The notes: generated from the sequence alone by a model not told the origin. Positions 39,092-49,024 are shown, counted from the first letter of the stretch. The stretch is 64,000 nt of DNA from Patescibacteria group bacterium (GCA_024239035.1 JANBVK010000001.1:506202-570201), one strand, 5' to 3'. Numbers and translations: made by a program.

Positions 39092-39517
39092 TCAATTTCC
39101 TTCAAGAAGCCAGCCGCGGGATTTAATGTAGAGAGCTGCAGCAATTCCGCCTAAAGTGTCAATAATTAAGTCTAAGAGCGTGTCGAGCGGCGATCCCTGA
39201 ACCCCAGGAATAAAACCCCACCTGAAGAACGCATAGCGGTCAATGGAGAATTCAAAAATTTCCCAAAGGACACCGATGAAAAGCGCAAGAAGTGCAAGTG
39301 ATAGAACAAACCTTGCCTTACTCATCAAATTCAAATTTTCCCGGAGGACAGGAAGAAAAGCGAAGGCAGCAAAGATAATCCAGGCTCCGCCCGAGAAATG
39401 GACAATTATGTCAAAAAAGAAGTATTTATTATACCAGTGAAGTAATATTCCCAGGGCATGTCCTGCCACTACAACCAAAGTTATAAACAGGAGCTCCTTT
39501 TCAAGCTTCTTCTCCAT
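39092..39517 (-). CDS. Hypothetical integral membrane protein
   Basis: 141 aa with 4 predicted TM helices. ORF-level evidence only. Confidence 0.35.
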   Translation of the reverse strand: MEKKLEKELLFITLVVVAGHALGILLHWYNKYFFFDIIVHFSGGAWIIFAAFAFLPVLRENLNLMSKARFVLSLALLALFIGVLWEIFEFSIDRYAFFRWGFIPGVQGSPLDTLLDLIIDTLGGIAAALYIKSRGWLLEGN

Positions 39518-39617
39518 AAGTTATAATGTGAATAATACTACCAAGACTGTGATATAATAAAAAGGTAGTTAAAGTTAAAAGGTCGATTTTCTAATTGCTA
39601 ATTACTAATCATATCAT

Positions 39618-40301
39618 ATGGTTATCCAGGATTGGGTATCAGTTGTAGTTAGTTCGCTCCAGAACTTGTGGGTAGGCGCGGTTGGAGTGCTGGGCAGCAT
39701 TATCGGGGCGCTTATAGTGCTCATCGTCGGTTTAATTGTTGCCTCGGGCTTGGCAGCGTTAGTGGAAAGGATTGTTGGTCTTCTTAAGATAGACAAACTC
39801 TTAATGAACCTTGGGCTCCAGGAGTACTTTGAACGAGCGAGTCTTAAAATAAACAGTGGCCGATTCTTCGGAAGAATCGTGTACTGGTTTTTGGTAGTAG
39901 TATTCCTATTAGCGGCTACTGACATCCTTGGGTTTTTCACTCTCTCTAATTTCTTAAGAGATGTGCTTCTCTACATTCCGAACGTGATTGTAGCGGTTTT
40001 GATTATGCTGGCAGCGGTTATTGTTGGAAACCTCTTGAGGAATCTTGTTAGGGCGTCTGTGGAAAGCGCAAAGCTTCACGCAGCAAGTTTCCTGTCATCA
40101 CTTACCTGGTGGGCGGTTATTGTCTTCGGATTTTTTGCCGCTCTCTCTCAGCTTGGGATTGCTGTTTCCATCATTAACTCTCTAGTTACCGGTTTTGTTG
40201 CAATGCTTGCCCTCGCTGGCGGTATTGCCTTCGGCCTTGGTGGTAAGGATTACGCTACGTCACTCCTTAATAAATTAAGGCATCACGTCGGAGATAAGTA
40301 A
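39618..40301 (+). CDS. Hypothetical integral membrane protein (internally duplicated TM pairs)
   Basis: 227 aa with multiple TM helices. Strong stem-loop terminator downstream at 40319-40380. Confidence 0.35.
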   Translation: MVIQDWVSVVVSSLQNLWVGAVGVLGSIIGALIVLIVGLIVASGLAALVERIVGLLKIDKLLMNLGLQEYFERASLKINSGRFFGRIVYWFLVVVFLLAATDILGFFTLSNFLRDVLLYIPNVIVAVLIMLAAVIVGNLLRNLVRASVESAKLHAASFLSSLTWWAVIVFGFFAALSQLGIAVSIINSLVTGFVAMLALAGGIAFGLGGKDYATSLLNKLRHHVGDK

Positions 40302-40393
40302 GTATCGCGAGACGCTTTTGTGCCCGGCGGTGAGATCGTGACCGTGGTTTGCCTCGGTTGCGGTTCTACCGCCGGGCACATTTATTTTTATTT

Positions 40394-40452
40394 TACGTAA
40401 TTGATTACGTAAGAGGAGGCTTGACTTTGCTTTTACCACGCGTTTTAATAGG
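40394..40452 (+). promoter_or_regulatory. rplU promoter region. Tandem palindromic TTACGTAA boxes (40394-40413), then -35 TTGACT (40424-40429), a 17-nt spacer, and -10 TTTAAT (40447-40452).
   Basis: Read directly from the sequence. The spacing fits a sigma-70-type promoter. Confidence 0.45.
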
Positions 40453-40459
40453 AATCAAT

Positions 40460-40768
40460 ATGTTTGCAATAATCGAAACCGGAGGGAAGCAATACAAAGT
40501 TGAACTCGGTGAGAAAATTCAAGTAGAGAAACTTGATGTTAAAGATGGCGAGACCGCGGTCTTTGATCAAGTTCTCCTTAGAACCGATGAGAAGGAAGTA
40601 GTAATAGGTAATCCTTATATCAAGGGTGCCCGTGTTGAGGCAAAAGTTTTGAAGTCAGGAAAAGGTGTTAAGAAAATTGTTTTTAAGTATCACCCGAAAA
40701 CCCGTTACCGCAAGAAAAAAGGCCACCGTCAACCCTACACAGAGGTGGAAATTTTAAAAATTAAATAG
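40460..40768 (+). CDS. rplU: 50S ribosomal protein L21
   Basis: MFAIIETGGKQYKV...KFKYHPKTRYRKKKGHRQPYTEVEI. The ORF track's longer version, 40349-40768, includes the leader. Confidence 0.85.
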   Translation: MFAIIETGGKQYKVELGEKIQVEKLDVKDGETAVFDQVLLRTDEKEVVIGNPYIKGARVEAKVLKSGKGVKKIVFKYHPKTRYRKKKGHRQPYTEVEILKIK

Positions 40769-40772
40769 CTTT

Positions 40773-41369
40773 TTAATTTCTTCGCTCCAGAGCTTGCTTC
40801 AATGTTTCCTCGTCTGCGAACTCAATTTCACCGCCGGTAGGAATCCCCCGGCCTAGGCGAGTAATTTTTTCGGACAGTCCTTGAAATTCTTTACGAATAA
40901 GATCGGCAGTGAAATCACCGAATGCGGTAGGACTCAAGGCTAGAATAATTTCCTTTGCCTTGCCGCCTAGTTCCTGAGAGATCCTCTCTCTTAAGTGTTG
41001 GAATCGCAGTTTTTGGTTACTGGTGAGAGTTCCGTGTTCAACCAACTCTCCTAAAATAAGGTAGTGTCCCATAAAGTTTCCAGCCTTTTCAATAGAGAGG
41101 AGATCAGCTTCTTTTTCAACAATAGTAATGATGTTTTTATCACGCTTAGGATCAGTACAAATTGAACACAGGCGTCCGCCGCTTTTCATAAAAAAACACC
41201 TCGGGCAGCGATTGACTCTTTTTAGGCCGGAGAAGGCCGACTCCAGCTCTCCTAAATTGTTTTTATCAATACTCAATAGATAAAAAGCGAGCCGTGTCGC
41301 CATCCGCGGTCCGATTGAAGGGAGTTTGGAAAAAACCTCAATAAATTTTTTAATAGGATCGGGAAGCAT
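40773..41369 (-). CDS. recR: Recombination protein RecR
   Basis: HhH, C4 zinc finger (CPRC...CSIC) and Toprim domain. Confidence 0.9.
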   Translation of the reverse strand: MLPDPIKKFIEVFSKLPSIGPRMATRLAFYLLSIDKNNLGELESAFSGLKRVNRCPRCFFMKSGGRLCSICTDPKRDKNIITIVEKEADLLSIEKAGNFMGHYLILGELVEHGTLTSNQKLRFQHLRERISQELGGKAKEIILALSPTAFGDFTADLIRKEFQGLSEKITRLGRGIPTGGEIEFADEETLKQALERRN

Positions 41370-41381
41370 TACATTTAGAAA

Positions 41382-42728
41382 CTAAACTTTGTCTGTGTGT
41401 CGGGTGTCAATGTTTCTAAAACTCACTTTTTCCGCGTCAAATTTCAGTTTCACGGTTCCTAAAGGACCGTTTCGGTGTTTAGAGATGATAACCTCAACTA
41501 GATTTTGTTCTTCTTCAGAGACATCAATTCCTCCCCGGTCTTTACGGTAGAGAAAGAGGACAACGTCGGCATCCTGCTCAAGCGAGCCTGATTCCCGGAG
41601 ATCTGAGAGGCGGGGAACTTTTCCTTCTCTTTGATCAACGGCTCGGGAAAGCTGAGAGACGGCAAGCAACGGAATTTTTAGTTCTCTTGCTAGCGATTTT
41701 AAGCCGCGGGATATCTCAGTTACTTGTTGGACCATGTTGTCGCTCCCGGTCCGGGGGCGAACGAGTTGTAAATAGTCAACAATTAATAAATCTAAACCGT
41801 GATCTATTTGAAGTCGGCGCGCCATTGATCTCATCTGGAGAATATTAGGGGACGGTGTGTCGTCAATAAAAAGGCGGGTTTTGGAGATCTCATCAAGAGC
41901 TTGTTGGATAAGAGCAAAATCCATATCTTCGTTAAGTCGGCCGGTTCGGAGACGCCAGAGCGGTATTTGGGCCTGAGTCGCAATTACTCGGTCTATAACT
42001 TGGTCGCGGGACATCTCAAGGGAAAATACTCCAACCGAGAGACCGTTAAGAGCAGCTCCCCGGGCAATATCAAGAACAAAAGCAGTTTTACCAAAAGAGG
42101 GTCTTGCTCCAATTATAATGAGATCGGATTTTTGCAGTCCCGAGAGAATTGAATCTAGGCCGTGAAATTCGGTAGCAACACCTCTTAGTTTTCCTCCTTC
42201 GCCGTGGTGGAGTTTTTCTAATCTTTCATAGGCGGCCGGTAGCTCATCTTTAATGTGGATAAATTTTTGACTTTTGGATCGTCCCGAAATATCAAAAACC
42301 TTTTGTTCCGCCAGATCGAGAAGGTTCTCAAAATCGTCTTGTTCCAGGGCTTCTTCGTTGATCTCTGATGAGATTCGAATCAAGTCGCGTCGCACTCTCT
42401 TTTCTCTGACAATATTAGCGTAGGGAATAACATGAGCGGCGGTCGGGACACTGTTTATAAGTTCTGTTAAATAATTGGCTCCGCCAACTTCTTTGAGTTG
42501 ATGCTTTTCTTTCAGCCGACTTGAAACAGTTAGGAGATCTACTGGTTCACCCTGTTCAAAGAGATCTAAGACGCTCTCGTAGATCTTTTGGTGGTTAGGA
42601 TGGTAGAAGTCTGTTGGCTGTATAACGTCAACGACTTTCAGGATCGCGTTTTTATCGAGGACAAGCGAACCGAGCACTGAACGCTCGGCCTCTAAATCCT
42701 GAGGTGGAAGCTTAAGATTTTTAGGCAT
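41382..42728 (-). CDS. dnaB: Replicative DNA helicase DnaB
   Basis: DnaB N-terminal domain plus a RecA-like core with Walker A GARPSFGKTAF. Confidence 0.9.
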   Translation of the reverse strand: MPKNLKLPPQDLEAERSVLGSLVLDKNAILKVVDVIQPTDFYHPNHQKIYESVLDLFEQGEPVDLLTVSSRLKEKHQLKEVGGANYLTELINSVPTAAHVIPYANIVREKRVRRDLIRISSEINEEALEQDDFENLLDLAEQKVFDISGRSKSQKFIHIKDELPAAYERLEKLHHGEGGKLRGVATEFHGLDSILSGLQKSDLIIIGARPSFGKTAFVLDIARGAALNGLSVGVFSLEMSRDQVIDRVIATQAQIPLWRLRTGRLNEDMDFALIQQALDEISKTRLFIDDTPSPNILQMRSMARRLQIDHGLDLLIVDYLQLVRPRTGSDNMVQQVTEISRGLKSLARELKIPLLAVSQLSRAVDQREGKVPRLSDLRESGSLEQDADVVLFLYRKDRGGIDVSEEEQNLVEVIISKHRNGPLGTVKLKFDAEKVSFRNIDTRHTDKV

Positions 42729-42736
42729 AAAGGCAG

Positions 42737-44146
42737 TTAAACCGCCTTTCGGATAAAGGGTCCGAAGGGGGTATCTTCTACCTCATATCCTACCCGCTTT
42801 ATTTTTTTTCTCAAGGCATCAGCTTGAGTAAACTGTTTATTATGTCTGAATAACTCGCGTTGCCTGGCAAGAACTTGGAGTTTTTTCGGTACTTTTGCGG
42901 GCCTTAGAGTCAAGCCGAAAATTGCGAGTGCTGACTCAATAAATTCTTTAATGATCTTAGCGTTGCGTTTCGGGAGGCTCCAAACGTTTTTTTGGAATCG
43001 GCTGATTAAACTAAAAATAACCGCTAAAGCCTCGGGGGTATTCAGATCATCTTGAAGCACTCGGTGGAGAACTTGTTCTTTTTGTTTAACTACTTTACTG
43101 ACGTTGAATTTTGGTAAACTAGAAGATTTTTTCGGGGATTTATGTTTTATAATAACGGCTAGTTTTTCTAAAAATTCTTGAATGGTTTGAAGTGAAGCGC
43201 GGGCTTGAGACGCAAGATTGGGGGTATAATTTATGGGTGTTCGGTAATGATGACTAAGTACGATCCAGCGAAGCACTTCAGGCGGGTATTTTTTAAGAAA
43301 ATCGCGAATTGTTATGAAGTTCTTTAAGCTCTTTGACATTTTCTTACGATGGACAAGCAGGAAACCGGTGTGCATCCAAATTTTCACAAAAGGTTTTCGG
43401 CCCGACGCTGCTTCTTGTTGAGAAATTTCTGCTTCATGGTGGGGAAATTTTAAATCAATTGCACCGCCGTGAACATCGTATTGGGGTCCGAAGAAACTTT
43501 CTGAAATTGCAGTGTCTTCTATGTGCCACCCCGGTCGTCCCCGGCCAAGCGGTGTATCCCAAGCGGGTTCTCTACCTCCCTTTGTTTTTACGAATTTCCA
43601 TAGCGCGAAATCACCCTTGTTTCTTTTATGTGACGATTCGTCAATTCGCGTGACGGCGTCCTCGGCCTGGGCCGCGGTGCGCTTTGAGAGTTTGCCGTAA
43701 TCGCTGAATTTAGCAATATCAAAATAGTACCCGTCTTTTGCTTCATAAGCGTACCCCTTTCTGGTTAAAGTTCGGATTTGCCGTATTATTTGGGGGATGA
43801 AGTCGCTAGCACGGGCATACCGATTTACTGAGGTAATCTTTAATCTTTTTATGTCCTCTAAATATTTCTTTTCAAAGGATTTGGCGAGAGTGAGTGGGTT
43901 TTTACGTTTTCTGCGCGCTCGGTCAATAATTCTATCCTCAACATTAGTGATGTTTTGTAAATAAAAGACACGCCATCCCAAAAAACGGAGATAACGGACG
44001 AAGATATCAAAAGCCAGATAAGTGCGACCGTGGCCGATGTGAGAATAATCATAGACGGTCGGTCCGCAGACAAATAGTTGCAGAGGACGTCCCTTAGGCT
44101 TTGTTAGCTTTTCTTTTTTGCCGGTGAGAGAGTTATAAATGCGCAT
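42737..44146 (-). CDS. cysS: Cysteine--tRNA ligase
   Basis: HIGH (HIGHGRT) and KMSKS motifs. 469 aa. Confidence 0.9.
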   Translation of the reverse strand: MRIYNSLTGKKEKLTKPKGRPLQLFVCGPTVYDYSHIGHGRTYLAFDIFVRYLRFLGWRVFYLQNITNVEDRIIDRARRKRKNPLTLAKSFEKKYLEDIKRLKITSVNRYARASDFIPQIIRQIRTLTRKGYAYEAKDGYYFDIAKFSDYGKLSKRTAAQAEDAVTRIDESSHKRNKGDFALWKFVKTKGGREPAWDTPLGRGRPGWHIEDTAISESFFGPQYDVHGGAIDLKFPHHEAEISQQEAASGRKPFVKIWMHTGFLLVHRKKMSKSLKNFITIRDFLKKYPPEVLRWIVLSHHYRTPINYTPNLASQARASLQTIQEFLEKLAVIIKHKSPKKSSSLPKFNVSKVVKQKEQVLHRVLQDDLNTPEALAVIFSLISRFQKNVWSLPKRNAKIIKEFIESALAIFGLTLRPAKVPKKLQVLARQRELFRHNKQFTQADALRKKIKRVGYEVEDTPFGPFIRKAV

Positions 44147-44148
44147 TT

Positions 44149-45105
44149 TTACTGGCTCCAGTTCAGAATAATGTCGTCTATTCTGGGTGTCATACTCTGG
44201 GCAAGATTACTCTCAAGAGTGACCCTGTAGCGGAGATATCGGTTGTCTTTTATCCATTCTCTGTCGCAGCTTTTTATCTCAATTGCACTGTTGGGCCCGG
44301 GGCAAGTGGCACCAAAGAATTGGTCGGTATCTCCTTGACCATCACAGGCGATATCCGGTCCCCAAAAGCTCCAAGGTCCGCTTGAGCTGTTTGATGCTGC
44401 AATTTGGAATTTAGTGCAAGTTCCGGCTGGCTGACTACCCTGCCAGATGATGCTGTTTAGAGTTACTCCACCCGCTATCTGGGCATCAAAAATTGATGAT
44501 TCCAAGATTGCGGTGAGTTTGCCTGCTCTCCAACTTGTTTCGACTTTATAATCAGAGATGCCGCAGCCGTTGTTGTTAGCGCAGTTAAAACTAATCCAGC
44601 CCTCATCGTCGTTCCAAGCGTATCCCTGGAAGATTCCATTAGCGTCTATGGTTACCCGGTAGTTTGAACTAGAACACGTGCTTGAGGCATCCTCAACTCC
44701 TGAACCATCGCAGTCACCATCGCCGCACCAAAAACTAATCCAGCTAATTTGGTCATTCCAGGCGCAACCGGAGAGATTGCCGCTGCCGTCCGGATTTGTG
44801 ACTTGGTAATCACTGGTTGAGCAAATGTCTCCGATTGGACTTGTGGCGCAGTCAAGAGAAATTTCTTCGATTGACGAGCTGGCATAACCGACAAGTGTTG
44901 AGGTGCCGACAATAACGGTGTGGGTCTTATGAAAATCCCACCAACCGCTTATATCACTCCACGCCATGCTACTGGTGGCATTTGAGCTAATGTTAGTTCC
45001 GGGGTTACTGTCCGCCGCCGCTTTTTGGGATTGAAAAAACAAAACAATCGTGAGAGTAACAGTCATTACTACAAGGATCCAAAAAATGACTTTTGCAACT
45101 TTCAT
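44149..45105 (-). CDS. Secreted Cys-rich repeat protein (3 copies of GxAWND..xWISFxC)
   Basis: Signal/anchor VIFWILVVMTVTLTIVLFF, then repeats SGCAWNDQISWISFWC, QGYAWNDDEGWISFNC and others. Its stop is 2 nt upstream of cysS. Confidence 0.5.
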   Translation of the reverse strand: MKVAKVIFWILVVMTVTLTIVLFFQSQKAAADSNPGTNISSNATSSMAWSDISGWWDFHKTHTVIVGTSTLVGYASSSIEEISLDCATSPIGDICSTSDYQVTNPDGSGNLSGCAWNDQISWISFWCGDGDCDGSGVEDASSTCSSSNYRVTIDANGIFQGYAWNDDEGWISFNCANNNGCGISDYKVETSWRAGKLTAILESSIFDAQIAGGVTLNSIIWQGSQPAGTCTKFQIAASNSSSGPWSFWGPDIACDGQGDTDQFFGATCPGPNSAIEIKSCDREWIKDNRYLRYRVTLESNLAQSMTPRIDDIILNWSQ

Positions 45106-45167
45106 TGATTAAATTATAACAGAACTCGAATTGGGGGCATTTATGGTACTATTAAAATAAATACAGC

Positions 45168-48100
45168 ATGAAGATAAGAACCAAAAAAGCTATTATAATA
45201 GGATTTTGTTTGCTTTTCGGACTTGGATTTTTTCTCCCAGCATTCGTTTTTGCTCAAGACGCTATTTCTGCGGTGGATCCAATTTTTCCTTCTTGGATGA
45301 TTGATGAGAGCGGAACGCATTTTGAGATAAACAATAACCCCTTTCTTGACCTCACGGTTGATAGCTCGGAGAATGTCCAGCTACAAATAGAGTCGATGCC
45401 GGAGATGGTAGTGATGATAATCGAGTCGGACTCTTCCGCTATTTCAAGCCAGATAAGTGTAAAAGGTCTTGAACCATCAACTACCTACTATAAATATGAA
45501 GATAGCTACCAAAATAGCGTGACTATCGATACTAGCAGTTCAGGAACCCTTACGTTTAGTCAGGATTTGTCGGTTCCACATATTATCTTTATACAAAAGA
45601 ATAAAAGCACCAAATTCATAAGAGATGACCTAACTGGTGGCGATTGTACAACAATAGGAATTTGGGATGTGACTACAAAAACTTGTACTCTCACTACCGA
45701 TGTTTTTGAGACGATTCAGATAGATAGTAACGATATCACACTCGACGGTAACGGTCATAGTATCTTTGGGGGAGGCATAGGAGTTTTTCTAGTTAGGAAG
45801 ACCGGAGTCACTGTTGAAAATCTTAACGTCAGAGGGTTTAATTCAGGAATTCTCTTATTCAGTTCGAATTTCAATAACTTACTCAATAATTCTTTGAGAC
45901 CCAACCTTACTGGAATTTCTCTATCGGGGACTAGCAATAATAATACAATTAGTGGTAATAACGTCTCATTAGGTGAGATAGGAATTTCTCTTCTGAGAGG
46001 TACAGGTAACAATAATGTTATTAACAATACTACATCGAATAATCGAAACGGCATCTCTCTCGGTCAGTCCGATGGTAATAGTTTAATAAACAACGTTGCC
46101 AATTCGAATAGTCGTTCTGGGATTAGCCTATCCGCTTCTAAGGATAACGTTCTAACTGATAATATCGTGCAGGAGAACGGGGAGGTTGATTTGGGTTTCG
46201 GAGCAAGTCAGCTCATCGATTGTGCTAATACAATTCAAGGGACTATTGGTTCTGGCAATAAACCGTTTGAGTATTTTAATTCTGTTGTAGATTTAAACAA
46301 CAAAACTCTTTCGGGATTAATACTTTGTGATGCTGACGATTCTAAAATTAGTGGTGTAGCAGTTGCTGGTTCAGGTACTAAGAAGAATAACGGTATATCA
46401 CTCCATTTTACGGATAATTCAATTATTGAGAACACTACTTCATCGGATAATCGCCAAGGCATTTCCTTTTTTAATTCAACTAATAACATTGTTAATAACA
46501 GCACCTTCGCAGAGAATGCTCTTCGGGGAATTTTTGTTGTTTCCAGGTCACCGTCTAATGAAATTGTTAATAATAATTTCATTAATAATGCCTTTCCACC
46601 TTTTGTTCAGACGAGGAGTGAGAGCGTCTTTAATTTACCCTTACCTGTTGGCGGTAATCACTGGAGTCGTTTCGATTCTCCGGCGGAAGGATGCGGTGAT
46701 GCTGATAACAACAGTATTTGCGACGCTCCGTTCGTCTTTTCGGGAGGGCAGGATAATTTCCCATTCGTGAATCGGGATGGCTGGAAAATACCTATAGTTA
46801 GAGAGCCGGTGGTTATTGTGCCAGGGATTATAGGCACAAAACTAAATAGAGTTTTGGATGGTAAGGAAGTTTGGCCACGAGTAAATACAATGATTACTTC
46901 CAGTACCGATGACTATTTAGACGAACTCAAGCTTACTGTAAACGGTACTCAGACGACAGGAAAAGAAATGAACCCTTCTAGAGTTATTGAAGAAGAATCT
47001 GTTTTGTTTTTTAACTTTGTATTCTACAAGAACCTCATAGATAACTTCAAAAATCAAGGATACGTGGAAGGCACAACACTTTTCACGGTTCCCTACGACT
47101 GGCGACTGGATATTCAAGATGAAGTAAATAGGTTAGACAGTGTAATCCAGCAGGCAATCGCAGAGTCCCTGAACGGCAAGATAGACATTATTGCCCACAG
47201 CATGGGAGGCCTGTTGGTAAAAGAGTTATTGGCAAACGCCACAAGCACAGTTTTCGTGAATAAACTTATTCTTGCGGGAGTGCCACAACTAGGTGCATCC
47301 GGAACATTTAAAATATTAAATTTCGGTGACAACCTTGGTTTTGAACTTGGACCGATTGATATCTTGAATTCTGAACGAGTGAAAATCATTTCCCAGAACA
47401 TGCCAGGTGTGCATGAACTTCTTCCAAGCGAGCGATACGTCCAAATAAACGGTGGCTATGTAAAAGATTTTAGAAACGGAATACAGATATTGGACTTTGA
47501 TCAAACAGAACAATTTATGATTGATGACGGAAGAAACCCTCTCTTGCTTAGTGAAGCCGATGCGTTTCACCAAGGATTAGACAATCAAGCGTTCAATGCA
47601 CCCGAGGTACACAATATAATGGGGTGCCAAAATCCTGAAACAATTTTTGGATTCAATATTTATGATAACAATGTAATTGATGTAACCCGAGATCAGGGGG
47701 ATGGCACAGTGCCACTCACGAGTGCCATCAATCTTTCCGGAGATTTTACTAATTATTTTGCTCTTCACAACGAAACAAACATAGATCATCTTGATTTGAT
47801 ACGAGACAGTCGTCCGATTGATCTTATCAATGACATTATCAATGAAACAGGAGATCCTCTACCGCAAGGAATCTCAACATCCACCATTGATTGTTTTGAT
47901 ACACCTGCCGTATCCGGAAACGAAACAACCATATCTTTCAGCCTCCATAGTCCTGCACAGCTTAATGTCTTTGATTCACAAAACAATCATACGGGGTTCA
48001 ACGAAGATGGTGATATCGACTTGCAAATTCCTGGAAGCAGCTTTGAAACAATAAACGGAAACAGCTTCGCGCTTGTGCCAGCAGGCGACACCTACCGAGT

Positions 48101-48944
48101 AGAAATCCAAGCGTTATCAGAGGGTGACTTTACCTTGAAAACCAAAACCTTCAACGGCGTCGCGATTATAGACGCGGTGACTTACGTAAACATCCCGCTC
48201 CCAAGCAATCAAACTCAGGCAGAACTTACCTTTACAGACACACAAGGAAATTTGACATTGAACGTTGATAATGACGGAGATGATATTATTGATGTTACTT
48301 TCCAACCAAACGCTATACTTGACGCTACGAGTAGTTTGGATATTACGCCGCCCGATATCACCATAGTATCTATTCCACCCGAAATCCTCTTGAACACAGA
48401 CTTCGTGTTTACTTTTAATGCAACTGATGATCTCTCGGGTGTTGAGGTACTCAAAGCCACGCTTGATGGTAACCCTGTAAGCAGCGGAGATACGATTACG
48501 TTGTCAGAAGTTGGCGACCACCTTTTCAGAGTTGAGGTTACAGACAAAGCAGGCAACCCCAGAGTAGAAGAAATAGGATTTAAAGTAGTTTATGATTTTG
48601 GTGGTTTTCTTTCGCCACTGCAGAAAAAAACTCTGGTATTCCAAGCGGGACGCAGTATACCAGTGAAGTTTCAATTACGAGACGTGAATAATAGTGTTAT
48701 TTCAAACGCGAGTGCATCTCTCTTTTTCGCTTTTCTCACTAATGGGGAATCAGGCACTTTCCAACCAGCAGTATCAAAAGGAAAAGCAAATATAGAAAAT
48801 CAATTCAGATTTGATCAAGAAGAACAGCAATATGTCTATAACTTGAATACAAAATCTTTAACTCCTGGAGATTACCGCTTAAGAGTTGATTTAGATGACG
48901 AAACCTCGAAATTCATAGACGTAGAACTGCGGAGCAATAAGTAA
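45168..48944 (+). CDS. Giant secreted multidomain protein: signal peptide, parallel beta-helix repeat region, a PGAP1/LCAT-like alpha/beta-hydrolase (lipase-like) domain, and Ig-like/Big domains
   Basis: 1258 aa. N-rich beta-helix repeats (NNTISGNNVSLGEIGISL...). Nucleophile elbow IIAHSMGGLL at about aa 670. C-terminal ...ATDDLSGVEVLKATLDGNPV...VTDKAGNP Ig-like pattern. Confidence 0.7.
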   Translation: MKIRTKKAIIIGFCLLFGLGFFLPAFVFAQDAISAVDPIFPSWMIDESGTHFEINNNPFLDLTVDSSENVQLQIESMPEMVVMIIESDSSAISSQISVKGLEPSTTYYKYEDSYQNSVTIDTSSSGTLTFSQDLSVPHIIFIQKNKSTKFIRDDLTGGDCTTIGIWDVTTKTCTLTTDVFETIQIDSNDITLDGNGHSIFGGGIGVFLVRKTGVTVENLNVRGFNSGILLFSSNFNNLLNNSLRPNLTGISLSGTSNNNTISGNNVSLGEIGISLLRGTGNNNVINNTTSNNRNGISLGQSDGNSLINNVANSNSRSGISLSASKDNVLTDNIVQENGEVDLGFGASQLIDCANTIQGTIGSGNKPFEYFNSVVDLNNKTLSGLILCDADDSKISGVAVAGSGTKKNNGISLHFTDNSIIENTTSSDNRQGISFFNSTNNIVNNSTFAENALRGIFVVSRSPSNEIVNNNFINNAFPPFVQTRSESVFNLPLPVGGNHWSRFDSPAEGCGDADNNSICDAPFVFSGGQDNFPFVNRDGWKIPIVREPVVIVPGIIGTKLNRVLDGKEVWPRVNTMITSSTDDYLDELKLTVNGTQTTGKEMNPSRVIEEESVLFFNFVFYKNLIDNFKNQGYVEGTTLFTVPYDWRLDIQDEVNRLDSVIQQAIAESLNGKIDIIAHSMGGLLVKELLANATSTVFVNKLILAGVPQLGASGTFKILNFGDNLGFELGPIDILNSERVKIISQNMPGVHELLPSERYVQINGGYVKDFRNGIQILDFDQTEQFMIDDGRNPLLLSEADAFHQGLDNQAFNAPEVHNIMGCQNPETIFGFNIYDNNVIDVTRDQGDGTVPLTSAINLSGDFTNYFALHNETNIDHLDLIRDSRPIDLINDIINETGDPLPQGISTSTIDCFDTPAVSGNETTISFSLHSPAQLNVFDSQNNHTGFNEDGDIDLQIPGSSFETINGNSFALVPAGDTYRVEIQALSEGDFTLKTKTFNGVAIIDAVTYVNIPLPSNQTQAELTFTDTQGNLTLNVDNDGDDIIDVTFQPNAILDATSSLDITPPDITIVSIPPEILLNTDFVFTFNATDDLSGVEVLKATLDGNPVSSGDTITLSEVGDHLFRVEVTDKAGNPRVEEIGFKVVYDFGGFLSPLQKKTLVFQAGRSIPVKFQLRDVNNSVISNASASLFFAFLTNGESGTFQPAVSKGKANIENQFRFDQEEQQYVYNLNTKSLTPGDYRLRVDLDDETSKFIDVELRSNK

Positions 48945-49024
48945 ATAGCAGCCTTTATCTTTCTATTTGATGAGATCTCCGATGCGTTGAGATCCTTATT
49001 AGCAGCATTGAACAGATATATAAT

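Noticed and set aside
40349-40459. N-terminal extension of the L21 ORF given in the ORF track (139 aa version)
   Set aside because: The extension translates the promoter, operator and terminator region. Conserved L21 begins at MFAIIETGGKQY (ATG 40460), which has a plausible SD and a -35/-10 pair just upstream.
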